Of a DNA stretch of 18,928 bases, positions 14,762 through 18,928 are shown piece by piece. Under the pieces are notes generated by a model. The model was not told the DNA's origin and searched no databases. It saw only the letters and a program-made list of their open reading frames with translations. Numbering within the stretch: position 1 is the first letter of the stretch; each line of letters opens with the position of its first letter. The stretch covers positions 1 through 18,928 of the forward strand of contig CANADC010000019.1 in NCBI GenBank assembly GCA_947347075.1, written 5' to 3'. The position numbers and the translations under genes are program-made. Source of the DNA: an uncultured Clostridia bacterium (GTDB lineage: Bacteria > Bacillota > Clostridia > Lachnospirales > Lachnospiraceae).

Positions 14762-15604
14762 ATGGAGAGGGAAATTGAGCAATTTTCTACATATCTATTA
14801 CAGGAAAGACATGCTTCTTCTAATACGGAAGCCTCTTATCGCAGGGATTTAAAGAAGTTAGAAAGTTATCTGAAGGAACAGGATATTGATAAAATAGAAG
14901 AAGTGACCGAGGTTTGGTTAAATTCTTATATACTTTACTTGGAAAGGGAACAGTGTGCCGCTTCTTCTATATCAAGAAATATTGCATCGATTAAGTCATT
15001 TTTTCAGTATTTGTGCCGAATTGAGGTACTTCGAAGAGATCCCTCTTGGGATCTGAAGGCACCAAAAGTAGAACGGAAGCTGCCTGAGATACTGACAATG
15101 GAGGAAGTAAACTGTCTGTTGGATCAGCCTTCTAGAGAACATTCGAAAGGGATTCGGGATCGGGCGATGCTCGAATTGTTATATGCGACTGGAATTCGGG
15201 TTTCGGAATTAATAGGACTGACGCTAGAAGATATCAATATGCAGTTAGGATTTTGTGTGCTGCGGCAGGGAGGAAGAGAGCGGATTGTATCTTTTCGGAA
15301 AAGAACCGCACAGGCTTTAGAGGAATATCAAAAAAAGGCTCGGGCGGAACTTTTAAAAGGAAAGGAATCACCATATTTTTTTGTAAATTGTTCGGGAAAT
15401 GCGATGAGCAGACAGGGATTTTGGAAGCTGATCAAGCAGTATGGAAACCAGGCAGGAATGAAAAAAGAAATTACTCCTTATACCCTGCGGCACTCTTTTG
15501 CGGCACATTTGCTGGAAAATGGGGCTGATATTCATGCTGTACAGCAGTTAATGGGACATTCGGATATACAGACAACACAGATGTATCGAAATGTTTGGGG
15601 ATAG
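14762..15604 (+). CDS. xerD: Tyrosine site-specific recombinase XerD (XerC/XerD family)
   Basis: The N-terminal SAM-like domain carries SSNTEASYRRDL. The catalytic domain carries ARDRAMLELLYATGIRVSEL, LRHSFAAHLLENGADIHAVQQLMGHSDIQTTQMY, the R...K...H-x-x-R...H and the nucleophilic Y. It ends only 5 residues after that Tyr, at 280 aa. Confidence 0.8.
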   Translation: MEREIEQFSTYLLQERHASSNTEASYRRDLKKLESYLKEQDIDKIEEVTEVWLNSYILYLEREQCAASSISRNIASIKSFFQYLCRIEVLRRDPSWDLKAPKVERKLPEILTMEEVNCLLDQPSREHSKGIRDRAMLELLYATGIRVSELIGLTLEDINMQLGFCVLRQGGRERIVSFRKRTAQALEEYQKKARAELLKGKESPYFFVNCSGNAMSRQGFWKLIKQYGNQAGMKKEITPYTLRHSFAAHLLENGADIHAVQQLMGHSDIQTTQMYRNVWG

Positions 15605-15612
15605 AGTTTTGC

Positions 15613-15642
15613 TTGCCGTAAGGAGGGAATGTGTGTTATAAT
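15613..15642 (+). promoter_or_regulatory. Promoter with extended -10 upstream of the large ORF
   Basis: TTGCCG (15613-15618), an 18-nt spacer, then TGT-TATAAT (15634-15642). RBS AGGTGG lies 9 nt before ATG 15714. Confidence 0.4.
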
Positions 15643-15713
15643 GTTTACATAATTGACAGACAGTACGAACGATATCATTTTATATCGGAAAATCGAAACA
15701 GGTGGTAGGGAAC

Positions 15714-18700
15714 ATGAGGACAAAGATCAGTAAACTGGCAAAAGGAATATTTGATAAAACAACTCCAGAACTCACAGTTTCCGTAGAGATAATTCAGATT
15801 CTGCTTCCAACCGGAGGAATGACATTGGGAAGTTTCTCCCTTGACAGTCAGAACGGAATTGATGCTCGTGGATTGCTTTATTCGGATAGTGCCTATCTGA
15901 TCTTAAAGGAGAGCAGCTTTATCGGAAAACATGCGGTAATTCATTATGAAGTGCAGGTAGAAGGAGTAAAACCGGGAAAACAGTTAAAGGGAGCGATTCA
16001 AATTGTCTCGGATGCAGGGGAGTTGGCACTTCCGTATGAGATAACCGTGGAAGAAAAGTATTTAGACAGCTCGATGGGAAAGATAAAAAACCTGTTTCAT
16101 TTTACGAATTTAGTAAAAAATCATTATGAAGAGGCACTGCATCTGTTTTTTTTAGCAGAGTTTTCCAGAGTGCTGTTATCGAATCTTCCTAGAGAACAGA
16201 CGATATATGAAGCATTATGTCATGGGATTTCTCCAAATACAGCGATGGAGGAATTCCTTGTTTGTGTCAATAAAAAAAGTCGTATTATGCTGCTGCTAGA
16301 ACAGGAAAGGCAGGAATATTTAGACTTTACAGAGACCATTGGAGATAGTTTTGTTATAAAAAAAGACACTTGGGGCTATATGGAGGTTGAGATCGAGGTA
16401 GATGGGGACTTTATCCGAATGGATCGCCGCCGGTTTACCACAGAAGAATTTGCCGGAAATAGTTTTGCCCTGTCTTATCAGATAGAAGAGAGCAGAGTAC
16501 ATGCCGGCTATAATTTTGGAAAGATTTATCTTGAGACGCCATATCAAAATTTGGAATATGAAATTTTGGTCTATCGTTATACAGAAAAGGAGAAGCATAC
16601 TTTGGAGCAGAAAAAGGGGCTCTTTCGGCTTTCCCAATTATACTTTGCTTTTCGGCTGCATAAGATTACAACGGATATCTGGTGCCGGGATTCTTTGGAG
16701 ACGATTACAAGAATGAAGCGGCTGCATTTAGAGGACAGCTTTATTCAGCTTTTGGAGGTTCAGGTATGGATCACGATGCGAAAGACCAAAGAGGCAGCGG
16801 GAAGATTGGCTGTACTTGCAGAGTGGATTGTTCCGAATCGGGAAGAAGAACCTTTTTTATACAGCTATTATTTATATGTCTATACTCTTTTAACAAGAGA
16901 TGCTCTATTTGCCAGAGATGCTGCTGCACAGGTAAAAGAGTTGTATGAGAAACATCCGAAAGATGACAGGATGCTCTGGGTAATCTTATATTTAGATGAA
17001 GAATGTGCCGTAAATAAAAGCCTTCGCTTGGCTCGAATTAAGGAACAATTTTTAATCGGCAGCAATAGTTCATTTTTATATTATGAAGCGTGTATGGTAA
17101 TGAATGAAATGCCGATACTTATCCGAGTATTGGATCTGTTTGAACTGCGTACAGCTTGGTGGGGAATTGTACATGGGATATTAAATGAAAGGGCTGCAGC
17201 ACAGATTGCAGAACAGGCATTGACAGAACAGCGGTATTATCCGCTGTTAATTCGGATTTTAAAAGAGATTTATCAAACGTATCAAAATCGAACGGCATTA
17301 GAAGCTTTGCTGTCGCAGTTAATTCGAAACTTTCGTATGGAACAGGAAAACTTTGCCTGGTTTCAGGAGGGAGTACAGCGGCAGATTACAATGACGGGAC
17401 TCTATGAAGCGTATATGAATACACTTCCTTATTATTTTTACGGGGAACTTCCTAAATCGATACAGCTTTATTTTATCTATGATCAGACATTGGATGAGGA
17501 ACGGAAGGAACTGCTCTACAGCAATATTATGATGTATGGATCGGAGAATCCGGCTATGCTGAGGAATTATCTGCCTGCGATAGAACAGTTTGCAGAAGAT
17601 CAGCTAAGAAAAGGGCATATCAGTAAGAGGCTTGCACGAATCTATCTGGGAGTGCTTTCTTCAGCAATGATTGATGAGACGGTGGCGGAAAAGCTGCCGG
17701 CAATACTTCTTACAAAGCGGTTGTGCTGCCAAAATCCCAAAGTATCCCATGTCATTATTCGGCATAAGGAGTTAGACTGTGAGTGGAAACTGCCGCTAGA
17801 GCAGGGGGAGGTCTATTTTCCTGTCTTTACTTCAGACTGTGCAGTGGTATTTGAAGATAGACAGGGAAGACGGTTTTGGGAGCATACCGAGTATCAGATT
17901 GAAGATTTGATAAAAGACAGAAAATTGATTCGGGAGTGTCAGCGGCTTTCGGAAGGGGATATCTGGGTATGGCTTTATCTGTGTGAACATGAGATGATCT
18001 ATTTGCCAGAGGAAAATGATAGAATGAAGCTGTTTAAACAGACGGCAGCTTTTTCTCTTTTAAAGAAATCCTATCGAAGTATGATAGTACAGCATATTTT
18101 GGACTATTATTTAGAACACTGCGAGGGAGAACAGTTAGAATCCTATTTGGATTCGATCTATAAGGAACAGTTAGAAGCAGGGGAGAGTATACAGGTGATA
18201 GAGCTGTTAATTGTTCGAACCATGTATGAAGATGCATGGGAAATGTTAGATAGCTGTAAAGTGGAGGGAATTTCGCCGAATCGGCTGCTGCGGCTTTGTA
18301 TTTATCAGATTGGGCAGCTGCAGATGACAGAAGATGAGATGCTGTTAAAGGCGTGTGCAAGTGTCTATCGAAAGGGAAAATATGAAGAAACCATTTTGGA
18401 ATATCTGGTACAGTATTATAATAATACAACCAAGGAGATGTGTCGTCTTTGGAAATCTGCAGTAGATTTTGAAATTGCAACGGCGGAATTAGAGGAACGG
18501 ATTTTGGTGCAGATTTTATTTACCGGGGCATTTGTTCCCGATATGGAAGAGATTTTTTCTTCTTATTATAGGGACGGCAGAAGCCAGATGGTAAAGGAGG
18601 CCTATCTTGCCTATCAGTCTTACCAGTATTTTGTACAGGATATGATAATTGATGAAAAGATTTTTCAATATTTGGCAAGAGAATACCAATTTCAAAAAAC

Positions 18701-18928
18701 ACTGCTGCCGATTAATCAGATGGCACTGCTTTCCTGGCTGGCAAAAAAAGAGAGAAATACCGAAGCAGAGAAAAAGATTGCAGAACAATTATTAGAAGTT
18801 CTTTCTTTAAACGGAAAATATTTTTCATTTTATCAAAGGCTTGCTGATCGGATTCTGCTGCCGTTTGCTCTGCGGGATAAGACGATATTGGAATATCGGA
18901 CAGAACCTGGCAGCAAGGTTTTTCTGCA
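15714..18928 (+). CDS. Large uncharacterised protein, more than 1071 aa in the window and continuing past the 3' end. It has an N-terminal ~120-aa beta-rich region followed by a long alpha-helical repeat-like body. It is not in the supplied ORF track.
   Basis: I translated this frame codon by codon from ATG 15714 to the window end and found no stop. The protein begins MRTKISKLAKGIFDKTTPELTVSVEII and reads at the window end as ...LRDKTILEYRTEPGSKVFL. No Walker A, HExxH, DTG, HD or other catalytic motif was recognised. The + strand ORFs 16501-16716 and 16682-16948 and the - strand ORFs 16320-16637, 16880-17065, 18034-18480, 18516-18788 and 18520-18702 lie inside it, out of frame or on the opposite strand. 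Confidence 0.75.
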   Translation, partial: MRTKISKLAKGIFDKTTPELTVSVEIIQILLPTGGMTLGSFSLDSQNGIDARGLLYSDSAYLILKESSFIGKHAVIHYEVQVEGVKPGKQLKGAIQIVSDAGELALPYEITVEEKYLDSSMGKIKNLFHFTNLVKNHYEEALHLFFLAEFSRVLLSNLPREQTIYEALCHGISPNTAMEEFLVCVNKKSRIMLLLEQERQEYLDFTETIGDSFVIKKDTWGYMEVEIEVDGDFIRMDRRRFTTEEFAGNSFALSYQIEESRVHAGYNFGKIYLETPYQNLEYEILVYRYTEKEKHTLEQKKGLFRLSQLYFAFRLHKITTDIWCRDSLETITRMKRLHLEDSFIQLLEVQVWITMRKTKEAAGRLAVLAEWIVPNREEEPFLYSYYLYVYTLLTRDALFARDAAAQVKELYEKHPKDDRMLWVILYLDEECAVNKSLRLARIKEQFLIGSNSSFLYYEACMVMNEMPILIRVLDLFELRTAWWGIVHGILNERAAAQIAEQALTEQRYYPLLIRILKEIYQTYQNRTALEALLSQLIRNFRMEQENFAWFQEGVQRQITMTGLYEAYMNTLPYYFYGELPKSIQLYFIYDQTLDEERKELLYSNIMMYGSENPAMLRNYLPAIEQFAEDQLRKGHISKRLARIYLGVLSSAMIDETVAEKLPAILLTKRLCCQNPKVSHVIIRHKELDCEWKLPLEQGEVYFPVFTSDCAVVFEDRQGRRFWEHTEYQIEDLIKDRKLIRECQRLSEGDIWVWLYLCEHEMIYLPEENDRMKLFKQTAAFSLLKKSYRSMIVQHILDYYLEHCEGEQLESYLDSIYKEQLEAGESIQVIELLIVRTMYEDAWEMLDSCKVEGISPNRLLRLCIYQIGQLQMTEDEMLLKACASVYRKGKYEETILEYLVQYYNNTTKEMCRLWKSAVDFEIATAELEERILVQILFTGAFVPDMEEIFSSYYRDGRSQMVKEAYLAYQSYQYFVQDMIIDEKIFQYLAREYQFQKTLLPINQMALLSWLAKKERNTEAEKKIAEQLLEVLSLNGKYFSFYQRLADRILLPFALRDKTILEYRTEPGSKVFL

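Noticed and set aside
16320-18788. The track ORFs 16501-16716 (+), 16682-16948 (+), 16320-16637 (-), 16880-17065 (-), 18034-18480 (-), 18516-18788 (-) and 18520-18702 (-)
   Set aside because: All are inside the uninterrupted 15714-18928+ frame, in other frames or on the opposite strand. The long frame is a far better explanation.
1-18928. CRISPR arrays, tRNA and rRNA genes
   Set aside because: No regularly spaced short direct repeats and no tRNA-like or rRNA-like conserved blocks were found on either strand. Every repeat pair identified occurs only twice, with hundreds to thousands of bp between the copies.

Overview
The window splits into two compositionally distinct parts: an AT-rich accessory segment at roughly 1-5.5 kb and a more GC-rich conserved Firmicutes/Clostridia-type backbone after it.

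The accessory part opens with a large serine recombinase gene (67-1248) that looks 3'-truncated inside its zinc-ribbon region. Two tandem, diverged copies of a translationally coupled two-gene cassette follow. Each cassette has a ~79-aa protein of unknown function and a small retropepsin-like aspartic protease carrying an ALLDTGA motif and a GGFGG flap. Each is preceded by a ~210-bp leader that is almost identical between copies and by a 36-bp repeat that supplies the stop codon of the interrupted upstream ORF. Protease copy 1 is truncated by the next unit. Protease copy 2 is split by a frameshift at a G7 run.

A third module holds a transglutaminase-like Cys protease and an HD-GYP phosphodiesterase. 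It is bracketed by 45-bp direct repeats, and a 75-nt perfect-stem hairpin sits at its right edge.

The core part encodes:
- a type IIA topoisomerase B/A pair (the A subunit lacks a GyrA box, so probably topo IV ParE/ParC);
- an orphan BtuF/FecB-class binding lipoprotein;
- a 231-bp long-inverted-repeat element wrapped around bidirectional terminators;
- a fold-type-I PLP enzyme, proC, a Nudix hydrolase (nudF-like), spoIIM and xerD.

From 15714 to the window end there is a >1071-codon open frame that is missing from the supplied ORF track. It encodes a large, mostly alpha-helical protein with no recognisable catalytic motif. No rRNA, tRNA or CRISPR array was detected.
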